Source of the DNA: a virus | Strand: one strand, 5' to 3' | Virus record (IMG/VR): IMGVR_UViG_2919367315_000001 | Location: 46 to 64,045 of that record | Length of the DNA: 64,000 bases | Part shown: in pieces, positions 39,058 to 49,549 of the stretch | Numbering within the stretch: position 1 is the first letter of the stretch | Layout of the letters: the number at the start of each line of letters is the position of its first letter | The notes under the pieces: model-generated | What the model saw: only the letters and a program-made list of their open reading frames with translations | Told to the model about the DNA's origin: nothing | Databases searched by the model: none | Program-made: the position numbers and the translations under genes

Positions 39058-40071
39058 TTACGCCACTGTTGCGAAGATATGCCAGTTGACGTATTTCAGA
39101 CGCGGTAGCACTGTTGCACCATTGATGGCTTGCCATTGATCGGGGTCTCCTTGGATCAACTTAGTCAGTGCAAACTTTCCTGTATGACCGGTGAAAATGT
39201 CTTCATAGTTATTCGGGCCGGTCACAAGATCCATAATTGAGCCTGTCATACCTTGACCGATTATGATTACTGCATTATCTGGAATGAACGGATAGAATAC
39301 GCCAGAGTCATCAATGTAACCACCATCGTAAACTTCATACTTAAGACCATTCAAATTTTGGCTGACAATTTCAGCAAGCGAACCGTCAGTGACAACATCT
39401 TTACCAAAAGTGTACTTGATCAATTCGCGGATTTTAGCATTCTGCTTCAAATAGATATCGACTTTCTTATTAACAATAATTTTAACAGGACGAGCCCCAC
39501 TTCCTCGGAATCGAAGTGACCAGCCATCCAAGTCAGCCAATGGATCTGCTGTTTCGGTATTACTCCACAATACGGATGCTGTTGGCTTGTTATTAGCTGG
39601 TACACCATAGTCAATCGTTCTGGCTGGTTTGGTGGATGTGGCTGGTACAATAAGTTTTCCCGTTAATGACTGCCATCTCATCCACTCAAACCGTGTCTCG
39701 AGGCGAAGGTTCAGACCAACCATTTTCTCAATCATGTATTCTTCGCCCCACTTTTGCTCAAGACTGTTGCCTGGCTTTCTCAAAGTAGCAATCTTTTCAC
39801 GGTCGATAACAACCTTTTCTCTCCATTCTTGGTTCGTGAAGTTCATGTGTTTCACCACAGGTGGAGTATGAATAGGTGAAGGATCATTCAATCCAGTAGG
39901 TGGCGTCATACCTGTGTCATCATAGGTAATATCATATTCGATGGTGAGTCCAAGTTCAGGTTTGAAGTCAACGCCATTGGTCAGCAGTTGAGCTCCGCGA
40001 AAACTGTTAATATCCGTCCGAATGTTCTGGACGACTTCCGTAAGGAAATATGGATCAAGTACGTTTGCCAT
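39058..40071 (-). CDS. Major capsid protein (lambda gpE-like)
   Basis: 337 aa following decoration and scaffold genes; RLETRFEWMRWQSL-TGK. Confidence 0.85.
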   Translation of the reverse strand: MANVLDPYFLTEVVQNIRTDINSFRGAQLLTNGVDFKPELGLTIEYDITYDDTGMTPPTGLNDPSPIHTPPVVKHMNFTNQEWREKVVIDREKIATLRKPGNSLEQKWGEEYMIEKMVGLNLRLETRFEWMRWQSLTGKLIVPATSTKPARTIDYGVPANNKPTASVLWSNTETADPLADLDGWSLRFRGSGARPVKIIVNKKVDIYLKQNAKIRELIKYTFGKDVVTDGSLAEIVSQNLNGLKYEVYDGGYIDDSGVFYPFIPDNAVIIIGQGMTGSIMDLVTGPNNYEDIFTGHTGKFALTKLIQGDPDQWQAINGATVLPRLKYVNWHIFATVA

Positions 40072-40086
40072 ATGTGTTTATCCCCC

Positions 40087-40467
40087 TTATACAAAGTAGC
40101 AAAGCTTCAGCACTGTTTTAGCTGCTGTATCTAAGCCAGTCAATTTGGATGAATCAAAAATACCTGCAATCCACGCAGATGCCCCAATATCAGAAAGTGT
40201 TGTGTCATGATCATTATCAAGGATACACAGTGCCACTTCGGAGCCGTTGGTTGCTGCGGAACTATAAGCTACCGCTTTATCCTTATCCGCTCCTGCTGCT
40301 GTGATCTTGCCGATAATCGTCCCTTTTTTCAGGATTCCTTGCCCTTGTTTCAGCAAGATCCCTCCCGGTAGTTTAGCCTGAAGGTCAGTAGACGCTAGAA
40401 CCTCCGTAAACTCTTGAGTAATAACCTGACCGGGACCAGGAGCGCCATTATACTGAGATTGCATCAT
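40087..40467 (-). CDS. Head decoration protein
   Basis: LKKGTIIGKI...GSEVALCIL...AGIF pattern. Confidence 0.8.
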   Translation of the reverse strand: MMQSQYNGAPGPGQVITQEFTEVLASTDLQAKLPGGILLKQGQGILKKGTIIGKITAAGADKDKAVAYSSAATNGSEVALCILDNDHDTTLSDIGASAWIAGIFDSSKLTGLDTAAKTVLKLCYFV

Positions 40468-40469
40468 AA

Positions 40470-41774
40470 TTATTTATCCTCCTTCAGCAGATTACCTCTG
40501 CCTGTGTTCTTAAGTGCCGCCCGAGCTTCTTCACGAGCTAATGCTTTAAGTTGTTCTGGAGTTTTCTCGCCACCATCATTTTGTGAGTTAGTTGGTGGTG
40601 TTCCATTTAGTGCTCCCTCAGGAAGGTTTACATCGTCACCTTGTGTATGGCGACCACCGCCACCCAAGGCAACTTGTGCCTGCGCCTCATACGTTGCACC
40701 GATCTTTTCAATTTCAGATACCGGGAGATGAGACAGTGCTGTTTTCATCGCCTCTACATTAAAGGCTTCACCAAGAGCACGGACACCAGCTCCACATGCT
40801 TGTTCGGTAACCTTAATCTTGTATGTCGCCCCATCAGCAGCCTGAGCGCTCAATGATGTAAGCTTGCTCAGAATGTCAGAATCATTATCTACACTCAATG
40901 CAGCTCGAATTTGTCCAAGTACACTATTAGCTGCTGCCAATGCAGTTGCTTGGGTTTGTGCTGCTGCCAACGCAGCTTTTTGTTCGTCTGTCACAGTGTC
41001 ATCTCCTTGGGCCAGTGTCTCGGCCTGTTCTTTTTTTTGATGCTGCTTAGATACAAAAGCATTCATACCGCCTTTGTTGCTGAAAAAATAAAAGACGCGT
41101 CCATCGCCATCAAGCGACTTCGCATCTAAAGGTAATGGTTCGTATTCAGTTTGTCGCTGCTGCTCAGCTTCAGCATGTTGTGTCACCGACAGAGATTCAC
41201 GTGTTATTCCAGCACCTTCATATCCTCCATCAAATACAATGGAGTTTTCCATGATATATCCATCATCCGCGAGAACAAGACATTCTTTGTCATCGTACGT
41301 TTGCCCACGAATGTGTGAACATGCTGAGGAACCATAATATTCACTGCCACAAATGCTACACGTATGCTTCGTAGTAACAAACCCTGCCGAGGTATCAAAG
41401 ATAGTTCCTGAATCAATACCGGTAGCAAGTTGATCCGTTGAGATCCCATTAGCTTCTAGCCCTTTTGCCATGTAATGATCACCGTAAAGTTCCAGTTCCC
41501 CTCCCTCTTCGATAATTCGACTGTCAAAAGTTCTGCCATATGGGAAAGATAAGGCTTCCCACTTCTGCCACGGATGGTCAACCAGCAAGGCAATTCCCTC
41601 TTTAACTTGATCTGCCATTTTGCGTAGGAAGTTTGGAGTAATCTTCATTTTGTACTTATCAATACGCTTGGTTCCAATGATTCTCGCTTGAAACACATGA
41701 GTTTGTTCATCGGTTAAAGGGACCAATGCTTTTTGATTGATCTTCGCCAATTGTTCGGGTGTAGGTTTAGCCAT
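40470..41774 (-). CDS. Prohead protease/scaffold
   Basis: LLVDH, TSAGF, CSICG...CSH.RG, ENSIVFDG motifs; helical C-terminus. Confidence 0.75.
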   Translation of the reverse strand: MAKPTPEQLAKINQKALVPLTDEQTHVFQARIIGTKRIDKYKMKITPNFLRKMADQVKEGIALLVDHPWQKWEALSFPYGRTFDSRIIEEGGELELYGDHYMAKGLEANGISTDQLATGIDSGTIFDTSAGFVTTKHTCSICGSEYYGSSACSHIRGQTYDDKECLVLADDGYIMENSIVFDGGYEGAGITRESLSVTQHAEAEQQRQTEYEPLPLDAKSLDGDGRVFYFFSNKGGMNAFVSKQHQKKEQAETLAQGDDTVTDEQKAALAAAQTQATALAAANSVLGQIRAALSVDNDSDILSKLTSLSAQAADGATYKIKVTEQACGAGVRALGEAFNVEAMKTALSHLPVSEIEKIGATYEAQAQVALGGGGRHTQGDDVNLPEGALNGTPPTNSQNDGGEKTPEQLKALAREEARAALKNTGRGNLLKEDK

Positions 41775-41779
41775 ATTGT

Positions 41780-43240
41780 TTATTCACCTCCCTCCGATGG
41801 AGTATTTTCTTCATTCGAATCAGATTCATGCTTCTTTACAAGCAGAGGAAGTAATTCAGCAGGAATTTTGGTATTAATACCAAGAGTCCAACGTATTTCC
41901 TCAGCAGCTTCCAACGGTGTGATGTAGAAATTCTTCTCCGCTATGATGTAGTTATCGATCTTTGAACGGCGGTCACGTTCAATCTCATTTTCAGAGCGTA
42001 GATCAATGGGGAGATAGTCAGCTTCAACTTTTGTTTGAGTCCCCTTTACTCTTGCAGACAACGAAAAAGCCCGCTGCCAGAAACGTTTGGTTACGCTCCG
42101 CGCAGACTCTACATTTTTGATATATATTTGAGTGTCAATCGAACTGTATGTTTCAGTTGATCCTTGATGCCTGGAAAGGATGGTAAGCAGTGTTTTTAGT
42201 GAAGTAGCCATTTGGGTATCAATGATATCAATCAGCTTCTTAATATCAATCATTGGCCCTGAATTACCGCCCTTAAGGTACTCCACCTTTACACTATCCC
42301 AGTGGACAAGAGCATCGTCTGGATTGAGTGAGTTGAAATGGTTTAACATCTCATCCATCCGCTCTTTAAGCCATTTTTGCTGACCATCGGGGTTACTCTT
42401 TAAGTTGTTTGGCATGTTCTTCAGCATGATTTCTTCCAACATGGAGATATCAAGTCTTGGATACCCCTGGTTATGGACAACAGCCTTTAAATCGGACAGG
42501 ACCTGCAGGTGGAAGAACACTACCTGAAGCACTGGCAACATTGGCGTTCGACCATACGGATCATCTACCATAGGGTCAAACTCTTCGTAAATGAACGTTG
42601 GTGTATCAATCTTTTTGTAATTGCCGAACCATTCTTCATCCGCTTTCCTTTGCGGGTTCTTCACGTATTGCCACGGCGTAAGCCTATTCGTATCCGGCTC
42701 CCTACGGAACCAAATTAAAGCCGGATCAACCGGAACAATATCAATGACATCATTACATCGCTCATTCAGTACGACCTCCCCGGCACAAGCCCCACGAACC
42801 ATGATCATCATTCGCTGAATCGTGTCCAATTTGTCTAATGATCGTCCATGCTGATATCCCGGCGAAGGTAACGGTGTATTAAGCATGGCTTTTAGATCAT
42901 CCAGCACCCGTTGTCCGCTCTTATCTGCGTTCCCATTTGGCTTTTTAGCTGTAAATGTTAAATCAGTATCTCCCATACGTAAGTATGTGTATAGAGCATA
43001 GGATACGTCTGGATGAACAGATATAAGGAGCTCAAGTAATTCCTCTGCTGTATAGCTCTGTAACTTGGTAAGGTCAACATTGTGAGCCTGCTGATGTTTC
43101 TTGGGTAGCCAGTTAAATATGCCCCACGGGTTAGCGTTATTAGGTACTGTCGCTCTGCCAACACCCATCATCTGCCGTTTTACTGCTGTCGGTAAAACAG
43201 AATTCACAAATGAATATATGGCTTTCTGATACCATTTCAA
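41780..43240 (-). CDS. Portal protein
   Basis: 486 aa; PYGRTPMLP...HNQGYPRLDI; head-gene synteny. Confidence 0.85.
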   Translation of the reverse strand: MKWYQKAIYSFVNSVLPTAVKRQMMGVGRATVPNNANPWGIFNWLPKKHQQAHNVDLTKLQSYTAEELLELLISVHPDVSYALYTYLRMGDTDLTFTAKKPNGNADKSGQRVLDDLKAMLNTPLPSPGYQHGRSLDKLDTIQRMMIMVRGACAGEVVLNERCNDVIDIVPVDPALIWFRREPDTNRLTPWQYVKNPQRKADEEWFGNYKKIDTPTFIYEEFDPMVDDPYGRTPMLPVLQVVFFHLQVLSDLKAVVHNQGYPRLDISMLEEIMLKNMPNNLKSNPDGQQKWLKERMDEMLNHFNSLNPDDALVHWDSVKVEYLKGGNSGPMIDIKKLIDIIDTQMATSLKTLLTILSRHQGSTETYSSIDTQIYIKNVESARSVTKRFWQRAFSLSARVKGTQTKVEADYLPIDLRSENEIERDRRSKIDNYIIAEKNFYITPLEAAEEIRWTLGINTKIPAELLPLLVKKHESDSNEENTPSEGGE

Positions 43241-43298
43241 GTTTTCACCGCCTTTCTTGGCAAACTTCTATGGATAAAGGATATCATTAGTTTTATTC

Positions 43299-43341
43299 GG
43301 TGTTACTACTGATTTTCGACTAGAAAATCAGTAGTAACACC
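43299..43341. repeat. 19-bp perfect inverted repeat with a partial third copy
   Basis: ggtgttactactgattttc-gacta-gaaaatcagtagtaacacc; tcggtgttactactgat recurs at 43454-43470. Confidence 0.85.
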
Positions 43342-43381
43342 ACCACGAACATCGTCTTGAATTTCGATACAAAAAAGAAGG

Positions 43382-43397
43382 CAGGAAAAGTTTCCTG
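43382..43397. promoter_or_regulatory. Palindrome copy 3 (upstream of portal)
   Basis: caggaaaagtttcctg. Confidence 0.65.
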
Positions 43398-43462
43398 ACC
43401 TTCTTGGCGCTCATACTCTATTGTTAGATAATACCATCGGCCATCGGCTTTAGTCGGTGTTA

Positions 43463-44311
43463 CTACTGATATTTTGCAATAAACTTTTCCAAGTCAATAC
43501 CTTGAATAGCCACAATATCAAGAGTTAATTGTTGAACATTTAATTTCTCCTGTTCATTCCATAAATCCACTTCACAATTTATCAAATGAGTTATAATCGC
43601 GAAAAACGATTTAAAGTACACGCTCAATGATGTGTTTAGCGAAAAATCATTTAACTTTTCATCTGCTAAATAAGTAGTGACACTAAATCTTATCTCTTTG
43701 TCTGACTTTTCATATTCATGGATGTAGTTTCCCAAAACGCTATAATCCGAATGTTCGTACTTACTGGATTCCATATAATAAGTTTGATACATCAGAGACA
43801 GTTGCCTTGATGTTTTTGATAAAGTCGAAATGCTGAGAGGTCTTAAAGCTTCAGGTTTAGCGGAGAAGCCTTTGTCCTCCAGTTCTTTTCCAACATCTTT
43901 TATCATCTTATTGAGATTTCTGTATTCTTTAGCTCGCTCTTCAGGGAACCACCCTTTTTTTAGAGACCTTTTTATATTGAGTAGAAAATTCAAATGATTC
44001 TTGAGGGGTTGTACAGTGAATTCCTTTAGTTTTTTACCATCTTTGTCATCGAGCAAATAGTGAATTAGCATGCAATTATTCAAGAGAGATCGAAAGAGAA
44101 TAACAGCTTCTTCTCCCAAATTTTCTTGATAAAGAAGTATGATACTTTCAAGTAGATTTGTTTGCTTTGCAAACAGGGCCATGACGTGAGGGAGATAAGG
44201 ATATTCTTTGGGAGCCCTTATAACCACTCCCTCCCTCAATAACAAAGTAGTTATCTTCTTGATTATTAGATTGATATCATCTAATCTGTTTTCCTGCATA
44301 TAACATCGCAC
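43463..44311 (-). CDS. DUF5677-like helical protein (HEPN-like)
   Basis: EAVILFRSLLN...YYMESSKYEHS pattern. Confidence 0.55.
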   Translation of the reverse strand: MRCYMQENRLDDINLIIKKITTLLLREGVVIRAPKEYPYLPHVMALFAKQTNLLESIILLYQENLGEEAVILFRSLLNNCMLIHYLLDDKDGKKLKEFTVQPLKNHLNFLLNIKRSLKKGWFPEERAKEYRNLNKMIKDVGKELEDKGFSAKPEALRPLSISTLSKTSRQLSLMYQTYYMESSKYEHSDYSVLGNYIHEYEKSDKEIRFSVTTYLADEKLNDFSLNTSLSVYFKSFFAIITHLINCEVDLWNEQEKLNVQQLTLDIVAIQGIDLEKFIAKYQ

Positions 44312-44540
44312 CCTTTATATAATATGTAGACAATTAATTTCCCCTTATTGTAACACCTCCAATACTAGGAATCATCACTTGTATATTACTAAGGAGCCCC
44401 GGTAACTTTTATTGCATATTCATACTAATCCTTACTACATCCGTTTGTCTTTGCCCCGCTCGGGACTTCATTCTCTGGCCATCTACACTCATCACCAAAG
44501 TATTGTATAATAAATCCAGCACAAAATAGGAGGGTATTAT

Positions 44541-44771
44541 ATGAGTAAATACGATCCTCTAGAAAACTATTTGAAAGGGATTACGGTCACTCTTTCATAC
44601 ACCGAAATCGAACAAATTCTTGGTTCTGAACTTCCTCCTACAGCATATGAACGTGATCAGTGGTGGGCAAACAACACAAACAACCATACGCAAGCACGAT
44701 CATGGCTCAATGCTGGTTGGAAGGTAAGAACGGTTGATCTAGGTAAGAGCGTTACATTTATCAGAAACTGA
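44541..44771 (+). CDS. Small conserved protein (DUF7662-like)
   Basis: SKYDPLENYL...EIEQILGSELP...WWAN...SWLNAGW. Confidence 0.7.
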   Translation: MSKYDPLENYLKGITVTLSYTEIEQILGSELPPTAYERDQWWANNTNNHTQARSWLNAGWKVRTVDLGKSVTFIRN

Positions 44772-44803
44772 TCATAATATTTTAAATAAAGGAGGCCAAC
44801 ACT

Positions 44804-45040
44804 ATGACACATGAAGTTAAGACTGACTCTTCTAACCAAAAATTCATTGAAGTAGAGACAGTGAAAGGAGTAGAAAGTCTACGAATCACTTATGTTAAAG
44901 ATGGATTTACAGGAAGCCCTTGTCTACGACTTAATATTCGACCACACGGTAAATCTCCTCGACCAGGTCCAGAATTTGATCTGGAGTATACTCCAGAGTT
45001 TCTGTCAGCGATTACTCAATTACTTATTGAAACCAAGTAG
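44804..45040 (+). CDS. Hypothetical protein
   Basis: RBS aggagg; terminator at ~45044-45075. Confidence 0.7.
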   Translation: MTHEVKTDSSNQKFIEVETVKGVESLRITYVKDGFTGSPCLRLNIRPHGKSPRPGPEFDLEYTPEFLSAITQLLIETK

Positions 45041-45277
45041 GTAGCTGCCCCTGCATTTAAACGCAGGGGTCTTTTTTATGTTGAGTTGGTTTCCGCTAAT
45101 CGGGTGGGCGGCTAACAGGCTGTCAGAGCGAGTGCATGCCCTTTCTCTGCCATCTGGTGCACTCCTTCCGGCATTCCCGTATAGAAGGAAGAACGCTCAA
45201 AACGACTCATATTTTGTTGTATGAGGACAAAAGAAAAAGCACCGAAAGGGGTGCTCTTGGTTCGTTTTATTTAATTA

Positions 45278-45523
45278 TCAAAAACTCTCAGCTCCCGACT
45301 CAACAAACTCTATACCTTTAGCTGTGAGCCGTAATTGGTAACCACCAACACCTTTAACATACTCTAAATTTATCAATCCTTTATCAGCAAGATAGTGATA
45401 ATTAATTAGAACAATGTCTCTCGGGTTACCCAAATCAACAGATACTCTTCCTGCACTATAATGCGCATCATATGTGTTACGCATAATTGCCAATCTATCC
45501 GCTTTATTTTTTTCGATATTCAT
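45278..45523 (-). CDS. Small winged-helix-like protein
   Basis: YHYLADKGLI...LRLTAKGIEFVE. Confidence 0.65.
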   Translation of the reverse strand: MNIEKNKADRLAIMRNTYDAHYSAGRVSVDLGNPRDIVLINYHYLADKGLINLEYVKGVGGYQLRLTAKGIEFVESGAESF

Positions 45524-45707
45524 TTATAATTCACCTCCCACAACATTACGAAAACGTGTCAGGGATATTTTACCTCTTTTGTACAAGCGGGTCGAGAAAA
45601 AAACTGACATACTCCATCCCATCTACCCTATACACAACCTTCGTATTTCTTCGGCTGTTTTAACTGGCGTCTTTTGGGTATTATAAAAAGCCGCTTATTT
45701 GAGCTAC

Positions 45708-45938
45708 TCAGTATTGTTTCCCTTTGTAATCTTTTAGTGTACCCCATACTATCTCTTTCAAGTCAGAATGTTCTTCAGGTAATTCAACATCTGTGAGGGA
45801 CTCTAAAAATAATCCATGAAGGAACTCTTGTGTTTCGAAAAATTGCACAAGCGTCAACTCTCCAACTTTTAAAGTATAACGAATATTGTGTACATCCAAA
45901 TAATCCAATTTTAAAACATTATTAATCCTCTCCAACAA
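45708..45938 (-). CDS. Hypothetical protein
   Basis: ORF with RBS gggaggg. Confidence 0.6.
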   Translation of the reverse strand: MLERINNVLKLDYLDVHNIRYTLKVGELTLVQFFETQEFLHGLFLESLTDVELPEEHSDLKEIVWGTLKDYKGKQY

Positions 45939-46062
45939 ATAGCCCTCCCTATTTATAAATTGCCCTAATTATTACTTTCTCCTAAACACTTTACCATGCA
46001 AAAAAATCGCCCGTACCTGCTGCCTTAAATATGCTCTTTTCTTTGATTAAAAGCATTTGTAC

Positions 46063-46591
46063 TTAATTACTCCTACTATCTTCATTGGAAAATTGATGAA
46101 CTAACTTTTTTAACCTTTCTTCAATGAGCGGCTTCTTCCTGAGTTACTCAATGCCTCAATTAGAAATTCATTGATCGCGGAGAAAAAAGCGTTAATTAAA
46201 GCTTCAACGGAAACCATAACAAGCGTTTCGTCAATATCCGGCTTATAGATTACATCCATTGCTGATCTATCCATATATCCAATTTGTCTACAGTTTTCTC
46301 GTTTCAAAAAGTCGGATTCAGAACTATATGTATGAATAATTCCACAACGAGCAGCATATAATTCGGTTCCAGTTATCTTTTCCATAGATTTGAATTTCAA
46401 ATATCTATCACACCACTTAATGAAATCATTCCTTCCCGATACTGTTTGCCCACATGGAATATCAAGAGCTGCCATTGCATCAATACCTGAGTAAATTAAA
46501 ATAATAGCAGCTCGAAATGACTTATTTTCATAACACATTATGATATCTTTTTTATTCCGTTATCAATTACATTAATTAATGGATCGTTCAT
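46063..46591 (-). pseudogene. Hypothetical protein with two apparent single-base frameshifts
   Basis: MNDPLINVIDNGIKK continues in another frame at an A6 run (~46550); natural-looking end KKPLIEERLKKLVHQ is in a third frame (~46135). Confidence 0.55.
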
Positions 46592-46885
46592 AAATACTTC
46601 TATAATTATCACCTCTATTTAAAATATTTAGTTATATTCTACACTAATGATAACCTCAATTGCATAATAATTTAATAAAATCATTTATCAAGTCAGCACG
46701 TTTAATGATTGAATCTCAACTGAAACTATTTTCTGAGATTGCCATCAAAAAAGATTAGCAATATTAACCCGACCTGATCACCGAAGCAAAATGCTGCATT
46801 ACATTTCTTCTGGATCTTCCATGTCATAAATTTACCCGTTCAGAATACAATTGCGGGATATATTCAAATATTCAGTCATTTGTGA

Positions 46886-48013
46886 TCAATACTTAAACGA
46901 GTGCGAACTCTTTTTGTTACTATTTAAATTTGTAACACTCCTCTTAAAAAGAAAACCATGTTGTATTTCTGTTGTATATAAATCATAAGATTTCGCTAAC
47001 CCCGGAGAGCTAAACAACGCATCATCAATCGGATTAGCAGCAAAAGGATTCAAAAATAAGTGTAATCCATCAATAAGACTTTCTTTATATTTTGTATGAG
47101 GAACAACTTCCGTCAACCCTTCCGGTCCAAAGCTATTAAATTTATAGGTTTCAAAAAATATATCTTTTTGCTTATTCGGTTGCATTGCTCTCACCTTACC
47201 AAAAGAAGCAACCGAACTAAACAAAACTCCACTTATATGGCTAAATTTACTATCATTAAATATCCCTATTGGAATGCGAGCACCAGTGCTCTTCTTAATA
47301 ATATGATCAGATACCTCGTAATGAGGTTCATCTCCTCTATATTCTGCCTTCATCAAACCATATAGGACACGTTGAATTGGGGCAGAAGCTTGATAATAAA
47401 AGAGAGGTTGTTCGTAAGCCCCAAGAGCAAGTATAAATGGCTTTCCTTTTACGTGCTCTAGCATTGAATAGCTTTTTATATACTTATTAGATTTATTAGT
47501 GATACTGTTTGAAATTCTTTCTGTAGCTGTGTGCACTATTTCTGAGTGTACTCTCTCCGCTTCTTCTTGAGACATTGCTATATTTTTCAATAATTCCACT
47601 GTCTTTACACCATTATATTCTGGAGTACCATCCTGAGAATGCTGTGTAGTTACTGCCTCTACTATTATATTTTTTTTATTTTTGGTAATAAAAAAGTCGG
47701 GAGCTGAGTGACCATAATCAGTAGAAAAACCAAAATTCCCAAATGTCGCATGTAAATATATTTCCCAAAAACTCGAATTAAATGTTGTTTGGAATTCTTT
47801 CACAAATTTATTATCTCTATCACTAAAACCCAATAACCAGCCTTTTAAAACCTTTTGGGCTTGTGGCTCATTAAGAATAGCTTTAAAATTGGGATGAAAC
47901 AATTCCTCACTAACTACTGGCGTAAACAGATCAACTATAGCTTCCACTCTCCTTTTGTTATAACTATCGGATTTTAAATAAGAATAATTCACTAGCTTAA
48001 TTAATTGAATCAT
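46886..48013 (-). CDS. Putative PD-(D/E)xK nuclease-fold protein ('glycosaminoglycan attachment site' annotated family)
   Basis: FVKEFQTTFNSSFWEIYL...APDFFI...IVEAV. Confidence 0.55.
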   Translation of the reverse strand: MIQLIKLVNYSYLKSDSYNKRRVEAIVDLFTPVVSEELFHPNFKAILNEPQAQKVLKGWLLGFSDRDNKFVKEFQTTFNSSFWEIYLHATFGNFGFSTDYGHSAPDFFITKNKKNIIVEAVTTQHSQDGTPEYNGVKTVELLKNIAMSQEEAERVHSEIVHTATERISNSITNKSNKYIKSYSMLEHVKGKPFILALGAYEQPLFYYQASAPIQRVLYGLMKAEYRGDEPHYEVSDHIIKKSTGARIPIGIFNDSKFSHISGVLFSSVASFGKVRAMQPNKQKDIFFETYKFNSFGPEGLTEVVPHTKYKESLIDGLHLFLNPFAANPIDDALFSSPGLAKSYDLYTTEIQHGFLFKRSVTNLNSNKKSSHSFKY

Positions 48014-48091
48014 TATTTTTACTAATCCCTAAACCGCCTTTTTCCACCACAAATTTCATAAACCAGCATTAAGATATTTCTTATCAAATGA

Positions 48092-49549
48092 TTATCTTTT
48101 TACTGCCACACTACCTATTGATGGAAGCATAACATGTGTATCTGGTTCCATTAAATATTCTCCGAACGTCAAAACAAAAGCGTCAGCTCTGTCTGGAGAC
48201 TTAAGCCCACGCTTTTTCATATCCTTCTTACTTTCAAGCAGCATTTTACCTTTACTGGTCATGTTCCATTTACGTGCTGTAAGTTGGGTTATTAGAACAT
48301 CGTCATCAGGCAATTGTAGAACGCTCATATCTCCATTTATGAAATTACTCATATTCTGTTCCAATTGATCCTTAATAGATGCCCACATTTCAGTAACTAG
48401 GTTCCCATAGTGCTCATCTAATGAAGAAGAGCCATTGTTAATTGGGATGATTTCATATGGTAGCCCTTCTTCAGCTACAATTTCATTAAGTCGATCTGTT
48501 ACGCCTCCGCCTACTCCGCTATCATCCACTCTTATTCTGATTCTGTTCAGATATGGATGAGAAACATGTAGCTCTTTAGCTAGATTAATCACCCACCCCG
48601 CAGTTACCATTGTGTCTTTCTTGAAATGATGATGTTCTCCTACAACTCTTGGCCCTATACCAGCAAACATTGAGGTTTCATCATCACCAAAACGCGCAAC
48701 GTCAACGCCCATAGTTAGCATATCTCCGCTGGGTTCCAGCTTCACTTCTTTAGCTGCGAATTCAGCCACTTCCAACGAAATAAATGTATCCGATTCTCCA
48801 CGGGGAAATTCACCTTCAACCCGGACTCTCCATACGTCACTGCCTTCACCATATTTACGCTTGAGCATGGCGATATTATCCTTGCTGGTTCTTGGACTGT
48901 CCAAGCAGGATACCTTGCGTGTTTTATAATCCGCTCTATCCTTATTGTGTGAATCATAAAAAACACCCGACGTTTTTGTCGGGTTACCGCACATCAATAT
49001 TTTATTAAACTCACCGGACAACGTACCTAAAATGGCCTCCATGATTGGATCGGCAACACCTGAAGCTTCATCCACAATGAAAAGCATGTAGTCCTCATGG
49101 AAGCCCTGCATATTCTCAGGCTTGGTAGCTGTCCGAGCTGTAGCAAACCAGCGTTCCTCATAGTTCTTCATGTAGATTTTGGTCTTAGTCCATTTGAGAA
49201 TCCGTTTTAATACCGGACTTTTAGATTGCCATTTATTAATCTCAGCCCATAACACGTCATGTAGTTGCTGTCTTGTAGGAGCTGTACAAATCACTTTTGG
49301 ATAAGGGAAACAGGACAGAAACCAAAGGGCTGTTGCAGCTTCCAGCCCAGTTTTTCCTACGCCTTGACCTGAACGTACTGAAACGCGCGGATTATTAGCT
49401 AAATCCATTAGAGTGCTTGCCTGCCAATCATCAGGATAGAACTTAAGCATTTCTTGACAGAACAATATAGGATTCTTACGGTACTCAGGAATCCGTATCT
49501 TGAATGCTTGAAGCCTCCGTTTCGTCTCCGGCGAGTCCTTCGTCTTCAT
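48092..49549 (-). CDS. terL: Terminase large subunit
   Basis: [10 protein letters not shown] Walker A, FIVDEASG Walker [15 protein letters not shown] and SPDRADA nuclease motifs. Confidence 0.95.
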   Translation of the reverse strand: MKTKDSPETKRRLQAFKIRIPEYRKNPILFCQEMLKFYPDDWQASTLMDLANNPRVSVRSGQGVGKTGLEAATALWFLSCFPYPKVICTAPTRQQLHDVLWAEINKWQSKSPVLKRILKWTKTKIYMKNYEERWFATARTATKPENMQGFHEDYMLFIVDEASGVADPIMEAILGTLSGEFNKILMCGNPTKTSGVFYDSHNKDRADYKTRKVSCLDSPRTSKDNIAMLKRKYGEGSDVWRVRVEGEFPRGESDTFISLEVAEFAAKEVKLEPSGDMLTMGVDVARFGDDETSMFAGIGPRVVGEHHHFKKDTMVTAGWVINLAKELHVSHPYLNRIRIRVDDSGVGGGVTDRLNEIVAEEGLPYEIIPINNGSSSLDEHYGNLVTEMWASIKDQLEQNMSNFINGDMSVLQLPDDDVLITQLTARKWNMTSKGKMLLESKKDMKKRGLKSPDRADAFVLTFGEYLMEPDTHVMLPSIGSVAVKR

